Shown: piece by piece, positions 28,620 through 42,175 of the stretch
Numbering within the stretch: position 1 is the first letter of the stretch
How the letters are laid out: the number at the start of each line of letters is the position of its first letter
NCBI GenBank assembly: GCA_964016885.1
Contig: OZ024748.1
Coordinates: forward strand, 15,438,001-15,502,000
Source of the DNA: Eledone cirrhosa
Lineage: Eukaryota
Direction of reading: 5' to 3'
DNA length: 64,000 bases
Position numbers and translations under genes: made by a program
The notes under the pieces: generated by a model
What the model was told of the DNA's origin: nothing
Seen by the model: only the letters and a program-made list of their open reading frames with translations
The model's database searches: none

Positions 28620-29504
28620 ATTATATAATAAACAGGAAGTATACTTAAAACTGTCTTGCTTCTTTATAATAGTGACACTCAGTCAATACCATATTGATAA
28701 TATCTTATTGATAATACCTTAAGGTATTATCAGGTATATCAAGTATTAAAGGTGTTATACTTTGAGCTCACTGGGCTGCAGCTAGGGACCCTACAATATT
28801 TACAGGGCTCCAAATTATCAAAAGCGTTTATATTTATCTGCTTTGCTATTTTAAATAATATGCAACAACCCCAATGAAATTTTCAGTGAGGGTCCAGTCC
28901 CATATAGATTTAATATGGAGGTCACTGGGCTGCAGCTAGGGACCCATGCTTTTTTATTTATTTCTGTTATGCTATATTAAATAATATGCAACAGCCTCAA
29001 TGAAATTTTCAGTAAGAGTTCAGCCCCATACAGATTTAATCTGCACCTGCTAAGTACTTAAGCCCCAGCTCTGAATATAATAAATATAGGGTACAACATA
29101 CTTGAGAAGAGAAGGAGTAATTGACAGTTATATAGACAAGCCAACAACTTAAAGCTACAAGGGGAATGGATATACATTGAGGAAGAACTAAATGAAACAA
29201 AAACACAAAAATAACTAAAGAAAAATATTGTTTATGGAGAAAGAAAATATCAACAGGAAGTTGACTGTTAGCAAAGTATTGAATAATGATTACATCAGAG
29301 AGATAAGAGAAGAATTAGTAGCTGACATGGACAATATCATTCTTTGATCATTGGTTGAGAAACAAATACTGATAAACTAAGAATATTGTCTGATTGTTAG
29401 ATGAATGTTAGAAGAATGTTAGATTAAGATTGTTCAAAGACTGATGCAACAGAATTGAGAATATGGCATTTTACATTTGAAGATAAAATTTGGCGTATGT
29501 GAAT

Positions 29505-30300
29505 AAACTTCCACAAACACACACATAAAACTGTGTGTGTACACGCATATAGGTGTATAGGCTAATAAACATAGATGCCCACAGACATATATATGTATAC
29601 ATATAAAATTGTGTATGTGCACACACATATGGTTGAAGTGGTTTATAAACATAGATGCACGCAGACACACACATTTATGTATGTGTATACACATATTGTC
29701 AAATTGGTTTATGAACATAAATGCAGAGGTACACAAAAATGTATGTATTTACACATATAGTTGAATAGGCTTATAAACATAGATGCCCACACACATATAA
29801 ATTGGTTTTTAAACACAGATGCACAGACATACACAAAAATATGTGTACACACACACATATGGTTGAAGTGGCTTATAAACATATATGCACACAAATACAC
29901 ATTTATGAGTGTGTACACACATATAGATGAATATGTTCATAAATATAGATGCCCAGAGGCATTCACATAAAGGTGTGTATATACACATGATTGAATAGCT
30001 TTATAAATATATATGCACACAGACATACACCTAAATGTGTGTGTAAATACATGATTGAATTAACTTTTAAACATATATGCACACAGATATACAGATAAAA
30101 GTGTGTATAGCATGCACACAGACATAAACACAGTAGCATACATACATATGGTTACATTAGCATTTAGATATACACGTACACAGACATACACACATTAGCA
30201 TACATAGATATAGGCATACACGTACACAGACATACACACAGTAGCATACATATATATAGACATACACACATTAGCATATATACACACATGACTGGCGGTT
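29505..30300. repeat. Degenerate AC-rich minisatellite, irregular ~55-65 bp units
   Basis: Recurrent ggttgaa..g(g/c)ttataaacatagatgc(a/c)cacagacat. Confidence 0.75.
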
Positions 30301-30589
30301 GCACTAGCCTATTAATATAAATACACACATACATACATACACCATACAGACAAAACCTTTCATAAACAAACAAGGTTGCAAACACACACGGACATACACA
30401 CAAAATTATGCATACACATGTATGCTTTAATTGGCACAAGAACATCACTGTGCACAGAGATAGACAAAGTAGTGTATGCATATATATACATATATATATC
30501 AACATGAATGGACCTGTTATTTTTATCTAAAGACAGTTTTTCCAATTCCACCCCACCCGTCTCTTTTAATCTATCTTATTTCTCATTCT

Positions 30590-30627
30590 TTCTTCTGATG
30601 AAGGACTAGCGTCCGAAACGTTAAGAA
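30590..30627 (+). ncRNA. Minimal type I hammerhead ribozyme motif
   Basis: UUCUU-CUGAUGA-A-GGAC-uagc-GUCC-GAAAC-GU-U-AAGAA. Confidence 0.8.
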
Positions 30628-30710
30628 CCTCTTCCTGCTATATCAAGTGTTAACCTAATATATCCCTTCCATATACTGTACCAATTGTGTTGTTATTTGG
30701 GTTTACCTTT

Positions 30711-30759
<49 letters not shown>

Positions 30760-30901
30760 GACGAAGTGTTAGATTTTCATTATGTTTATTGAGGTGTAAC
30801 GCACGTTTCGCGATTGATTAGCTCAAGGTTCGATCTGTATTGATCTGGCCTGACTTAGGAATCAAAAACTCATTGGACTTTTCTTATGGTAATGATATAT
30901 A

Positions 30902-31002
30902 CATGGTGCCCCCACAAAAATGTATACACACTTCAACAGCATTCTTATAAATATTGTCTGTACAGGTAATCAAAATGTTTATACATTTTGGGGGACACCC
31001 TG
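30902..31002. mobile_element. Short Tc1/mariner-type MITE
   Basis: Imperfect TIRs catggtgcccccacaaaaatgtatacac / gtttatacattttgggggacaccctg. Confidence 0.6.
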
Positions 31003-31153
31003 TGTGTATACACATATATATATATAATGTATATCGTCTAACCCATGCTAGCGTGAAAGATAGACGTTAAATGATGATGATGATGATATATATATATATA
31101 TATATATTAAATCTTAACCATCTACCATGTCAGGGTATGTCATGTATCATTTT

Positions 31154-31218
31154 ATTTTATCTGATGAGGACGTACTGTTAAACTTAATTCAGTACCTCTG
31201 AAATATGTATAATAAAAT
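31154..31218 (+). ncRNA. Hammerhead ribozyme motif
   Basis: AUUUUAU-CUGAUGA-GGACGUACUG...CAGUACCUCU-GAAA-UAUGUA-UA-AUAAAAU. Confidence 0.75.
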
Positions 31219-31265
31219 TTTATTGATCACAAGAATATCTATTTTGTTAATATTTGAATTAATAT

Positions 31266-31316
<51 letters not shown>

Positions 31317-31600
31317 CACTTTGTATATCTGTGTGTGTATAAATATATGAAATTGCATTGGTATATAAATATACACAGACATACACAAAATAGTTTGTAT
31401 ATATACACGTATAATTGTGTTAGTTTCTGAGTATAAACCTATACAGACATTCATATAAAAGCATATATATGCTAACATTGGCTAAAACACAGAGAAATCT
31501 ACCCAAATATGTGTATACACGTGTGTTTACTTTAGCTTATGAGCCTAAACACACATAGAAATACATGAATAAGCATGTATACGTATACATATACCAAGGA

Positions 31601-31633
<33 letters not shown>

Positions 31634-31755
31634 CATAAATATATATAATACACATTACACACTAAAATTGAAATAAAAATTGTGTACAAAATGGGCTGAC
31701 ATTAGCTTATGAGCGTAAAGTTCCACAGAAATATACACATACACAGATATACTCT

Positions 31756-31787
<32 letters not shown>

Positions 31788-31943
31788 CAGGTGCATACAC
31801 ACAAATACCTTCACACATACAAAGATATACTCACACATACACATATATACAAGTACATACACACAAATACCTTCACACATATGTATGTACATAGAAATAC
31901 AATCCTTTCATACAAATGTACACATATATATTTCATCATCATG

Positions 31944-31974
<31 letters not shown>

Positions 31975-32003
31975 GACACATATATATATATATACACATA
32001 TAT

Positions 32004-32064
<61 letters not shown>

Positions 32065-32484
32065 CACATAAACATTAATAACATATATATATATAAATAT
32101 ATATATATACACACACACACATATATATATATATATGTATATATACATAGACACACATAGATACATGTGCTCACACTCCTATACATAAATCAATATGAAG
32201 AAAGAAAGATATTTATAAGAATCTCTAATGAATGGAAGGATGACATGTAAACAATTAAGTTAGACAGTGGAGCAATTTGAAGGAGAAAGAAGTGGTCATT
32301 TCTAAGTCATACATTGATATGTTAACACTATAATATCTGTCGAACATATCAAAAGGTTGTGAAAAGCTCACTTAGATTAAATGGGAAGAGATTAACCCAA
32401 TCATCGCTAAATAATTTCCATGTTACATGGGAAAACTGAAATACAATAAAATACAATCATCATAAGTATTACCATCAATATCAT

Positions 32485-33165
32485 TATCATCATCATCATC
32501 ATGGTTCTCTGAACCCTTTTGGGGTTGTTGGGTCACTGCTGTGCCAAACGCTGGACAATGGGTTCTCCATTTCTGGTAGTGATCATAGGCAACTGCTTTG
32601 GTTGTAGGCCAAGTTCTTCCCTGTCCAATCAACTATGTTGTCAATCTTATCCACCACTTCATTTGTCTGCCCAACCTTCTCTTCCCTGGCACCATTCCTT
32701 GGAGAATCGTCCCATCTCCAAGATTAGGTTCTTCCCCATCCACTCAGCTGTTTTCAATCATATTCACCAATTCCTTCATCTGCCCCACCTTCTTCTCTTC
32801 TCCGGCATTGTTCCTTGGAGTATCGTCCAATCTCCAATATTAGGTTCTTCCCCCATCCACTCAGCAATGTTTTTAATCAAATCCACCACTTCCTCTGTCT
32901 GCCCCACCTTCTCTTCCCTTGCCCCATTCCTGCTCCTTGGAGAATCATCTTAGTGAGTCCATCCGGTCATGTCACATGCCAAAACCACCTTAATTTTCTC
33001 CCCATCACCATTGTCAGCAGATCTTCAAAGTGTTTCACACACTGGGTGATTCTGTTGTGGACCTCTTCATTCTTGATATAACATCTCCTGTGTGGGAGAT
33101 TCCTAGGATTCTTCTATAACATTTCATTTCCACTGCTTGGAACTTCCTCTGCAGTTCAGCAATCT
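32485..33165 (-). mobile_element. RTE LINE 3' end with an internal triplicated ~118-bp segment and (GAT)n tail
   Basis: Reverse-complement motifs RWFWHVT and ILQG.VPGKRRLGRQMKWW; the segment repeats at ~32651, ~32766 and ~32884. Confidence 0.75.
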
Positions 33166-33340
33166 AGATACAAGACTTGGATACATATAGAAAGATACAG
33201 CCTATTGCAAATATGTAAAGATTTCCTCTTGATTTCCATCTCAAATGTGTGTGCTTTTACATGTGGAGGATATGGTTGTGTGTGTTTTGATGTGTGAAGG
33301 GTATGGTTGTGGGTCTTATGAGTGGAGGTATGGTTGTGTA

Positions 33341-33445
33341 TCTTGTTACTCTGGCATTTTACCTGCACACTGACAGGATCATCAGACAAGATGTTTTGTC
33401 TGATGATCTTGTGAGTACACAGGTGAAATTCCAGATTAACAAGAC
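33341..33445. ncRNA. Inverted pair of hammerhead motifs (plus copy core intact, minus copy GAAA mutated)
   Basis: Plus GUUUUGU-CUGAUGA-UCUUGUG-agua-CACAGGU-GAAA...UA-ACAAGAC; minus UCUUGU-CUGAUGA-UCCUGU...GCAGGU-AAAA...GUA-ACAAGA. Confidence 0.6.
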
Positions 33446-33550
33446 TCACCACTTAGCCATAATAAATGTATATATATATATATATATATTAGAAAGTGAG
33501 GGTTTTTTTACAAAATGAAAAATAACCGAGGTGTCCTACACGAGTGAAAG

Positions 33551-33784
33551 TATAAAGAAAAAAAGATGAAATCGAAAATGCAACTGGAGTCTTATTTTTT
33601 TTTAAATATATATATTTATTTGGTTCCTTTACTCAGATGTGAGAAAAACCACAGACCCTCCATCTCAACTCTACTTTTGAAAAGCAGAAGAACTGCGAAA
33701 CCGGTAAAGGAACCAAATAAATATATATATTTTTTTTTAAATAAGACTCCATTTGCATTTTCGATTTCATCTTTTTTCTTTATA
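33551..33784. repeat. ~80-bp inverted repeat with ~70-bp spacer holding a degenerate hammerhead
   Basis: Arms 33551-33632 / 33704-33784; CUU-UUGAAAA-GCAG-aagaa-CUGC-GAAACCGGUA-AAG. Confidence 0.7.
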
Positions 33785-33832
33785 TATATATATATATATT
33801 GACAACTACAATCTTCCCATATAAGGAAGTAC

Positions 33833-33930
33833 GACCCTTGAAAAGTTTGGCTATTTATTCACCAGGCTAAAAATTCTAATTTAGTCCAGAAATAGCCGTC
33901 GAAACGGCTTGAGCTCTGCCGTCGGGGTCA
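33833..33930 (+). ncRNA. Three-stem hammerhead fold with mutated core
   Basis: GACCC-UUGAAAA-...GGCUAUUU/AAAUAGCC...-GAAAC-GGC...GCC-GUC-GGGGUC. Confidence 0.55.
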
Positions 33931-34145
33931 TACTTTTTCCTATATATATATATATGAGTGTGGTGTGGTGCATGGAAGTAAAACAAATTAAATGTTTCAG
34001 TCTAAATATAGGGGCTAACATCCAAAGTAAATGGCACGTGGAAAAGCTAATCATTTGAAATAGATCTCCAAGGAAAACATTTTATAGTTTCCCGTATATT
34101 GAAACATGTGTAATGAGCACTGAATCAATGCAGATCTGGAATAAT

Positions 34146-34230
<85 letters not shown>

Positions 34231-34231
<1 letters not shown>

Positions 34232-34563
34232 AATGGTATTACGTCGGATGTACCGCAACTTCTTTCAAGGCTCGCCTATACCAACATCGATCTTCGATCA
34301 GGCACGAGAAAATGCGCTCCGTAACAACCCTCGCCGATAAAGCCTGGCAGCTTCGGAGGAACAATCAAGCGTTCTCCCTTGATTGGCAAATTATTGCAGC
34401 TGCGCCTGCATATCAGCAAAACCATCGATTCTGCAAGTTATGCAATTTAGAGATATACTGCATTTTAACGTCGGTAAACAAACTGTTGAACAGCAAAATT
34501 GAACGTTCTCTATACTGTAACCATCGTTTGAAAACGACTTTTTCTTTTTTTAAATGCTTATAA
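34231..34563 (+). mobile_element. Penelope-like element GIY-YIG endonuclease fragment (C-terminal part, open frame)
   Basis: KWYYVGCTATSFKARLYQHRSS...LADKAWQL...WQIIAAAPAY...CKLCNLEIYCIL...LLNSKIE...CNH*: YIG-like YVG, FKxR..H, CxxC..E and LLN motifs. Confidence 0.82.
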
Positions 34564-34750
34564 TTGTTTCTACTATTGGCACAAGGCCAGAAATTACCCA
34601 GTACATTACTGGTACTTTATTTTATCGACCCCGTAAGGATGAAAGGCAAAGTTAACCTCGGCGGGATTTGAACTCAGAATAGCAAGGGCCGTAACTCTAT
34701 GCATCAAAGCATGGCGTCCGACCCTCTACCGATACTGCCAATCCACCGCC
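34562..34750 (-). mobile_element. SINE family A
   Basis: Reverse complement of 61942-62130. Confidence 0.9.
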
Positions 34751-35163
34751 TAATGTTACCTTTTTACACCACCGTTTGCAAATTTCTGTCTTATATGTTT
34801 ATACACAAGATATGGCTTTCTATAATAATAGTACTAAACACTGTTTTTCTGGACCCCTTTAGAAATAACCTGCTACTATAATAGCCCTAATAACTTGTCT
34901 GTGACACTGTACCACTTTGACCCCTTTAACTAAATTTTGTCCGAACAACACCACTAGAAGAATCTACTTCCCCGCCAAACTTGGCACGCCTCATTAAGCT
35001 AACTGCTGCCAAAACATTCTCTCCTCACAATCTCTACTGGTCTGACGGTCTTAAATCCTAAGACTCCCTCCACCTTACTCACTTCCCTCTTCCCCTTCTC
35101 TTCCTACCTCCTTCTTTATTTTTTATCTGGTGTATAAAATATTTTCATATCATTCTAATACAA

Positions 35164-35280
35164 AGGTCTGAAGACATGGTGTGTTTGCTTACAGTGTTCC
35201 TTCGGTTTATGATAATATTTGTATATTATTCAAATAGCGAGGTATAGGTAACCCATACACTATAGAAACAATTGTTACCT
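35164..35280 (+). ncRNA. Hammerhead motif with ~90-nt stem II domain
   Basis: AGGU-CUGAAGA-C-AUGGUGUGU...AUACACUAU-A-GAAAC-AAUU-GU-U-ACCU. Confidence 0.65.
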
Positions 35281-35373
35281 AATAAATTCTATATACCCGC
35301 ATTTCCATTTCGTAAACTTCTCTCTCTATATATATATAGTTATAGTTATGTAATAAACAACATAAAATAATTA

Positions 35374-35446
35374 TTTCATTTACCAAAAGTTTCACAAAGA
35401 CAGATGAGCCTGACACAGACGTCTGACTTCGGTCATCAGAATGAAA
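35374..35446 (-). ncRNA. Hammerhead ribozyme motif
   Basis: UUUCAUU-CUGAUGA-CCGAAG...CUUUGU-GAAAC-UUUUG-GUA-AAUGAAA (7-bp stem I). Confidence 0.72.
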
Positions 35447-35470
35447 TTACCTTTCCTACGGAAACACTTC

Positions 35471-35508
<38 letters not shown>

Positions 35509-35509
35509 T

Positions 35510-35613
<104 letters not shown>

Positions 35614-35766
35614 CACACACGCATATATATATTACATAAATGTACAAATTTATTTTAGTGACCCTTGGCCATATATGCAAAAGGCAAACAGAAATAACAA
35701 AACAAACAATATAGTACAATGAAGAAATATATTCTTAGTTTTATGCATGATATAGTAGAGAAAGAG

Positions 35767-35802
35767 TCTTAACGTTTCAGACTCTAGTCTTTCATCAGAA
35801 AA
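35767..35802 (-). ncRNA. Minimal hammerhead (same family as 30590)
   Basis: CUGAUGA-A-AGAC-uaga-GUCU-GAAACGUU-AAGAC. Confidence 0.7.
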
Positions 35803-36495
35803 TAGAATGAAAAATTAAAGGAGAGATAGAAAGATAGAGGAGATAGTGGGCAGTGGCAGAAATGAAAAAAGAAATTCTTAGAGAAAAAAACAGGTCTGTT
35901 TAGGTCGCCATCTCTTGATCACTGTGCGTATGTGTGTGTGTGTGGGGGGGGGACTTTAAAATTAATGATGATCATGATGAGTAGAGGCTTTCATACTTTT
36001 AATACTCCAGATGTCAGTTTGTATTTTTTTTAATTAAAAAATAGCTGATAAGATCTGAGGATTTTTATGGCTGTTTTTTTCACAAATTATTTGAGGATGT
36101 ATAATGCATATGTGTGTGTTGGTATATGTGTCTGTATGCATATATGTGTGTGTGTGTGTGTGTGCCTTCATATTTTTGACATAATGACCTCTCTAGCATT
36201 GGTGCCACAATATAAGAAACAAAAACACTCTAGACATTTTGTAAAGTGGTTAGTGTTAAGGGGAGAGAATCCAGCTATAAAAACTGCCAAAAATGGAACA
36301 TACAAATAAGAAGTGGTTTTCTCCTGTCTGTCTAGTAACAAACTCTGGCAACCCCCATACCACCAGGGAGAAACAGATGTAAAATGACGATATATTACAC
36401 ATTTCAAAATAATGTAGCAAAAACAATGAAAGAAGCACAAAAATGTTATCAACCATTGTCCATGGAACAAACAAAATATATTATCTGAACAAATT

Positions 36496-36544
<49 letters not shown>

Positions 36545-36696
36545 TACACACATATATATATATATATAAGCATGATCCTAATAAGGCTGTTTATGCCTCT
36601 CTGTGTTTTTTTAAATTTATTTGTTCAACTATATATATATATATATAAATATATAAATATATATAAATATATATATATACATACACACACACATAT

Positions 36697-36730
<34 letters not shown>

Positions 36731-36982
36731 ATGGATATATATGGAAACCCTTGCCTAAAGAGAAATTAATTTCAGCACCAAGCTTCTGCAAATAATTACA
36801 ACCTAACCCTCAACCAACACCCCATTCACCCATACACACCTAAAATAAAGGAAAAAATTAAACAAAATAATAATAATAATAATAACCACATTACTAGAGG
36901 AGAGCATAGCACATCAATTACAAAATAGAATACAGAAAAGTAATTAAAATATATGAAGTAACTATCAGAAACAATTACAATT

Positions 36983-37241
36983 TTAACCCTTTAGCATTTA
37001 CATTACTCTATATTTACTATTGTATTTAATATTGTATTTACTATTCTATTTTCATAATTATCTCACATAATATTGAACCTATAAGATTTTGATATTATTT
37101 ATTTTGAGAACAATACCTTAACATCAGTATGAGTTAAGGTATTGTTCTCAAAATAAATAATAGCTCGTTACAGCCAGTTTGAGCAGAAAGAGGTGAGAGA
37201 ATTCTGGCCGGATGTGGCTGGTTTAAATGCTAAAGAGTTAA
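36983..37241. mobile_element. piggyBac-type MITE
   Basis: TTAA-CCCTTTAGCATTTA ... TAAATGCTAAAGAG-TTAA; partial copies at 48879-49066 and ~56548-56650. Confidence 0.8.
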
Positions 37242-37310
37242 GCATGAAGATGAGAGAAAGAAATTTTACAAAAAAATTCATCCAAACCATTTTATATATA
37301 TTTTATTTTA

Positions 37311-37348
<38 letters not shown>

Positions 37349-37596
37349 TTAAACCAGATAATAAGTTCTGGAAATCTACAGGTTTGCAAGTGACAAACAA
37401 TAAACTAGAAATTTGCCTACTTTATTCTTAATTTTATTTTATATTATTTGTATGGTCATATTAACTGTCTATATATCGCATCTTTAGATTTCTTATTTAG
37501 AGCATTACATTTCTCTCTCTCCCTCTCTTTATACAAATATACATATATGTGAACCTAATACTAACACTTTGTACTGCACACTTCGTTATTGTTTTA

Positions 37597-37663
<67 letters not shown>

Positions 37664-37859
37664 TAACTTTCACGTAACTACCTGTTCTCTCCCTAGCCAA
37701 ACTTTCACGACGGACTTCCATCCGAAACATAGAACCCTCCTCCACTTCCTTTAAGCATAAATCTAATAAGACTTGTATCTGTGCATCCCTGTGTTTTTTT
37801 TTATTTTATATATATATATACACACACAAACACACTCTCTCTCTCTCACATATATATAT

Positions 37860-38657
37860 GTCACATGATTGATTCTTTTGAATTTGCCACTGACCAGGAA
37901 GGCAGTGAAATTTTCAATGTCTTGGAATTTAGTCCACGCTTGCTTTTTTCCATCCACTGAATTATTCCCTGTGTCCGCATATTGCCAGGAATCTTAGCCG
38001 AGAATATCTCCCTGATGAAGAAAAGATTCTCCATGGTCTCCATTTGAAGACTATGTATATCCCCTTTCAGAAACTAATTAGTTGGAGTGAAATTTAAGTA
38101 AGTAAGTTAATTACTATAATTTTCTTATTTTACATCTTTTATATAATTGTTCTACATCACTTTGTATTGAACCACAAAGTTACTAAGACAAAACCTATAT
38201 CTTTGCTAGCGTAAGTATACATCTGTATCAATATGTTGGTAGATATACTAATTCTTTATAATTATCTCCAAATTATTTTGTTGAGCAAAAATTTGCCTGA
38301 ATTACTATTATGGTTCATAGTATTAGTTTGGCTACTGTCTTTTTAACACCCCACTCCTCACTGATTAACCTCAATGTCACGTGATTGATTCTTTTGAATT
38401 TTCCACTGACCAGGAAGGCAGTGAAATTTTCAATGTCTTGGAATTTAGTCATCGCTTGCTTTTTTCCATCCACTGAATTATTTTTGTATAAGTTCCCTGT
38501 GTCCGCATATTGCCAGGAATCTTAGCTGAGAATGTCTCCCTGATGAAGAAAGGATTCTCCATGGTCTATGTATATCATCTTTCAGAAACTAATTACTTGG
38601 AGTGAAATTTAAGTAAGTAAGTTAATTACTATAATTTTCTTATTTTACGTCTTTTAT
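37860..38657. repeat. Local direct duplication of a ~280-bp complex segment (37860-38140 / 38376-38657)
   Basis: gtcac(a/g)tgattgattcttttgaattt...ttttcttattttac(a/g)tcttttatata in both copies. Confidence 0.9.
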
Positions 38658-39288
38658 ATATATATATAGATAGATAGATAGATATATATATCATCATCAT
38701 CCTTATTTAACATCCATTATATATGTGTGTGTGTATATATATATATATGTATGTATATGCCAATCTATCACCATCAGCCACTGTATGTGTGACTGCTGGC
38801 CGTTCTCTCTCTCAATCTTCCCAAGCATCATTTCCTTCACACAATTTAAACAAGGCAGTAAAATTCCATTCTTCTACTGATTCTAATCAACCAATTTACA
38901 CGCTGTAATTGGCAATAATCAAGCCTGCATGTTTACCTTTATATATATACATATATATATGTGTGTGTATGTATGTATATGTGTGTGTGTGTGTGTATAT
39001 ATATATATGTGTAGTCCTATATGAGTGAGACACAGTCACCCGACCAACCTTGCCTCAAGTGGGACAACTCCCGTCTAACCCATGCTAGCGTGGAAAATGG
39101 ACTTTGAACGAAGATGATGATGATGATGATGATGCGTGTGTGTGTATGTAGGTATATATATGAGTGTGTGTGTGGGGTGTTGTGTTGTGTATGAATGTAT
39201 GTGTGTGCATGCATGTATGTGTATATATATGTATATATGTGTGTGTGCGGTGTGTGTATATGTGTATATGTGTGTGTGGTATGTTTAT

Positions 39289-39349
<61 letters not shown>

Positions 39350-40962
39350 TATGTGTGTATTCATGTATTTATCTCTATTCTCTGGAAGATACTGGAGGTA
39401 TAAATAAAATAAACACAAACAATAAAATACAGGGATTAAAAACAACCTGTAGGCGTTTTGTATCTGAATGTCTCTTGCGTATATGTTCACTTCAGTCTTT
39501 TGAGTTGGAATATTACTTAGACTTTACTACCAACTAACTTACCCTCTACCCCTGGGTCAGGCTGAGAGGGTAGTCTCTTGAGTTGGAGTATTACTTAGAC
39601 TTTACTACCAACTAACTTACTCTCTACCCCTGGGTCAGGCAGACAGGGTGGAGAATACTTTGGTCTGGAGATTGGTGAGGAAGATCAGGCTGAAAGGATG
39701 GAGAATATATTGCCTTGGTGAGGGATGGTGAGGGAGACGTGCTGGAACATCTACACCAGCTTGCCTGTAGCTATGGTGAATGACAAGCATCGAAGATGAT
39801 AGGGTGAGGCTATGATGATGGGGTATAAGGAGGTATGTGGGGGATAAGGGAGATGTGGTGAGGAAGAAGCTGACATAGATGCACTGGAACAGCGATGCCA
39901 CCTTGCCTGTAATTATGGTGAATGGTAAGCAAGGGTGAAAGAGGAGAAGGGTAGATGAGGGTGATGGGGTGAGGAGGATGGTGGCGTGGGGTGAGAAGGA
40001 GGCTGAGGGAGATGCGCTGGAACGGCCACTCCACCTTCTCCAAGCTTGTTACAGGCATTTTGAAGGTGGCTAACTCTGCTCCGATAGCCTAATAATTGTA
40101 ACTATGGTGAATAGCAAAGGTCAAAAGACGGTGGGATGAGGATAATGGGGATAAGGGGATGGGGTGAGGGGGAGGAGAGGGGGTGAGAAGGAAGCTGAGG
40201 GGAAGATAGGAAGGATAAGAGAGAGGAGGAGAGTGAGAGGGGATGATGGAGGATAAGAGAGGATGGTGGGGATGAGAAGGAGGATGAGGGAGATGATGGA
40301 GATGATGGAGATGAGATGGAGAGGTGAAGATGGATGGATCAAACCAGGAATCTACCTTTCTCTTTGATATCAAAACTGTCTTGTACATGAAATATATAAT
40401 CTAACATCTACATTCATTTCTCTAAACACTGAATATATTTCTAGTTACTCTTCAGTCACATCAAAGACAAGACAACCTCTCTTGTGTCGGGGCCATGAAA
40501 AATGTACCCACTAAACCCTCTAAAGCATTTGGCATTAGGAAGGTCACCCAGCTGTAGAAAACATGCCTCCAAAAGGGTTGCAAAGGCTCTTCAGTTGTGT
40601 AAAGCACACAATAGCTAAAGTTGGTGCTAATAAGAAGGGCATCCAGCCATAGAAAACATGTTAAAAAGTCAAGAAGATCCTTTAGTTGTGTCAAAGACAT
40701 GACATCCTCCCTAATGCTGGTGCCACAATAAAATGTACCCAGCATGCTCTGTAGAGTACATGATCCTATGTAAGTGAGATGCACGCCCATTCTTGTCTGA
40801 GAGATCAGTAGTTCTGATTAATTACAGACTTGGAGGACAGTAAAAACCTGTCTAACCTTGCTAGAAGGAAAATGGACGTAAAAGGATGATGAGGATCATG
40901 ATGTTTGTGTATTTGTCTATGTTTGTGAATATATGTGTATATTATGTTTCTGTACATGTTTA

Positions 40963-41002
<40 letters not shown>

Positions 41003-41059
41003 AAAAAAAAGAAAATGACTTCACTTGGAGTTCTAAACAATTTGATTTAATTTTATAAT

Positions 41060-41245
41060 TATTTCTACTTTTGGCACAAGGCCGGCAATTATCCCAGTGC
41101 ATTACTGGTACTTTATTTTATCGACCTCGAAAGGATGAAAGGCAAAGTTAACCTCAGCGGGATTTGAACTCAGACCATAAAGGGCCGTAACTCTTTGCTG
41201 CAAAGCATGGCGTCCGACCCTCTACCGGTACTGTCAATCCACCGG
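41060..41245 (-). mobile_element. SINE family A
   Basis: Reverse complement of 61942-62130. Confidence 0.9.
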
Positions 41246-41299
41246 AATTTTATAATATTATGAGTTGGTAGATCTAGTAAGTTCATTTCATAATTTTTC

Positions 41300-41536
41300 A
41301 TTTCATTTTTACGTTCGCTTTTTCCTTGCTTGCAAGGGTGGGACGGGAACTGATTCTGGCTTGATTTCTACAGCCGGATGCCCTTCCTAACACCAACCTC
41401 ATTTACAGTGAGTGCTGGGTGCTTTTTTGCCGTGGCACCTCCATGACCACTTTGCAGTGGAATGATATGGACCCCAGTCCCTATCATCTCATTTCTACAG
41501 CTGAGTAAACTGGAGCAATGTGAAATAAAGTGTCTT
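41300..41536 (-). mobile_element. SINE family C (5'-truncated)
   Basis: Reverse complement of 25860-26095. Confidence 0.85.
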
Positions 41537-41832
41537 ATATATATATATATATAGTAATAATAAATGTGAAGACTAAAATCCAAAGAGGGCTCGATAAGGA
41601 TAAATATATATCAAATATATAAGAAGTCCTAGAGCAAATATTTATTGAAATAACAGATTAAAGTTTAAGCAAAAAATCGCTGCTTTCACCCTTAACAGGA
41701 TCTTCTGAAACCATATATATAAATATATATATGGTATGGCCTCATTACTCCTGATGGAGTCTTAAGGGTGCCATATTGAAATACACCATATCTTGTCCAT
41801 CTTAAGCCTGGCAGAGCCTTTTCCTCTCCAGG

Positions 41833-41876
<44 letters not shown>

Positions 41877-42175
41877 CCTAACAGAGAACGAAGGACAAAC
41901 ACAGACAGAGATATGTACTGTCTGTCCTCTCTAAATATATATGTAAAACCTCATAATTTTTCTTCCCCTTTTTATTATTCATATAAATATGCAACTTAAC
42001 TACATTATGCACATCCGCAGTTGAAATAGCAGATAATGTTGAAACCGGTATTATTAAATGCGGAAATATCCACTTTATAAATAAATGTTTTGATATCATA
42101 CTGAAAGAATCTCTTCAGCATTTTATACTGAAAAAATCTTTTTCCATTACTCACCAGAGTAGTAGAGTATGGTCA

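Noticed and set aside
38012-38050. Other CTGATGA hits (38012, 38540, 47835, 11380; minus 10643, 48783, 62738) as hammerheads
   Set aside because: No hairpin followed by GAAA and UH at suitable spacing
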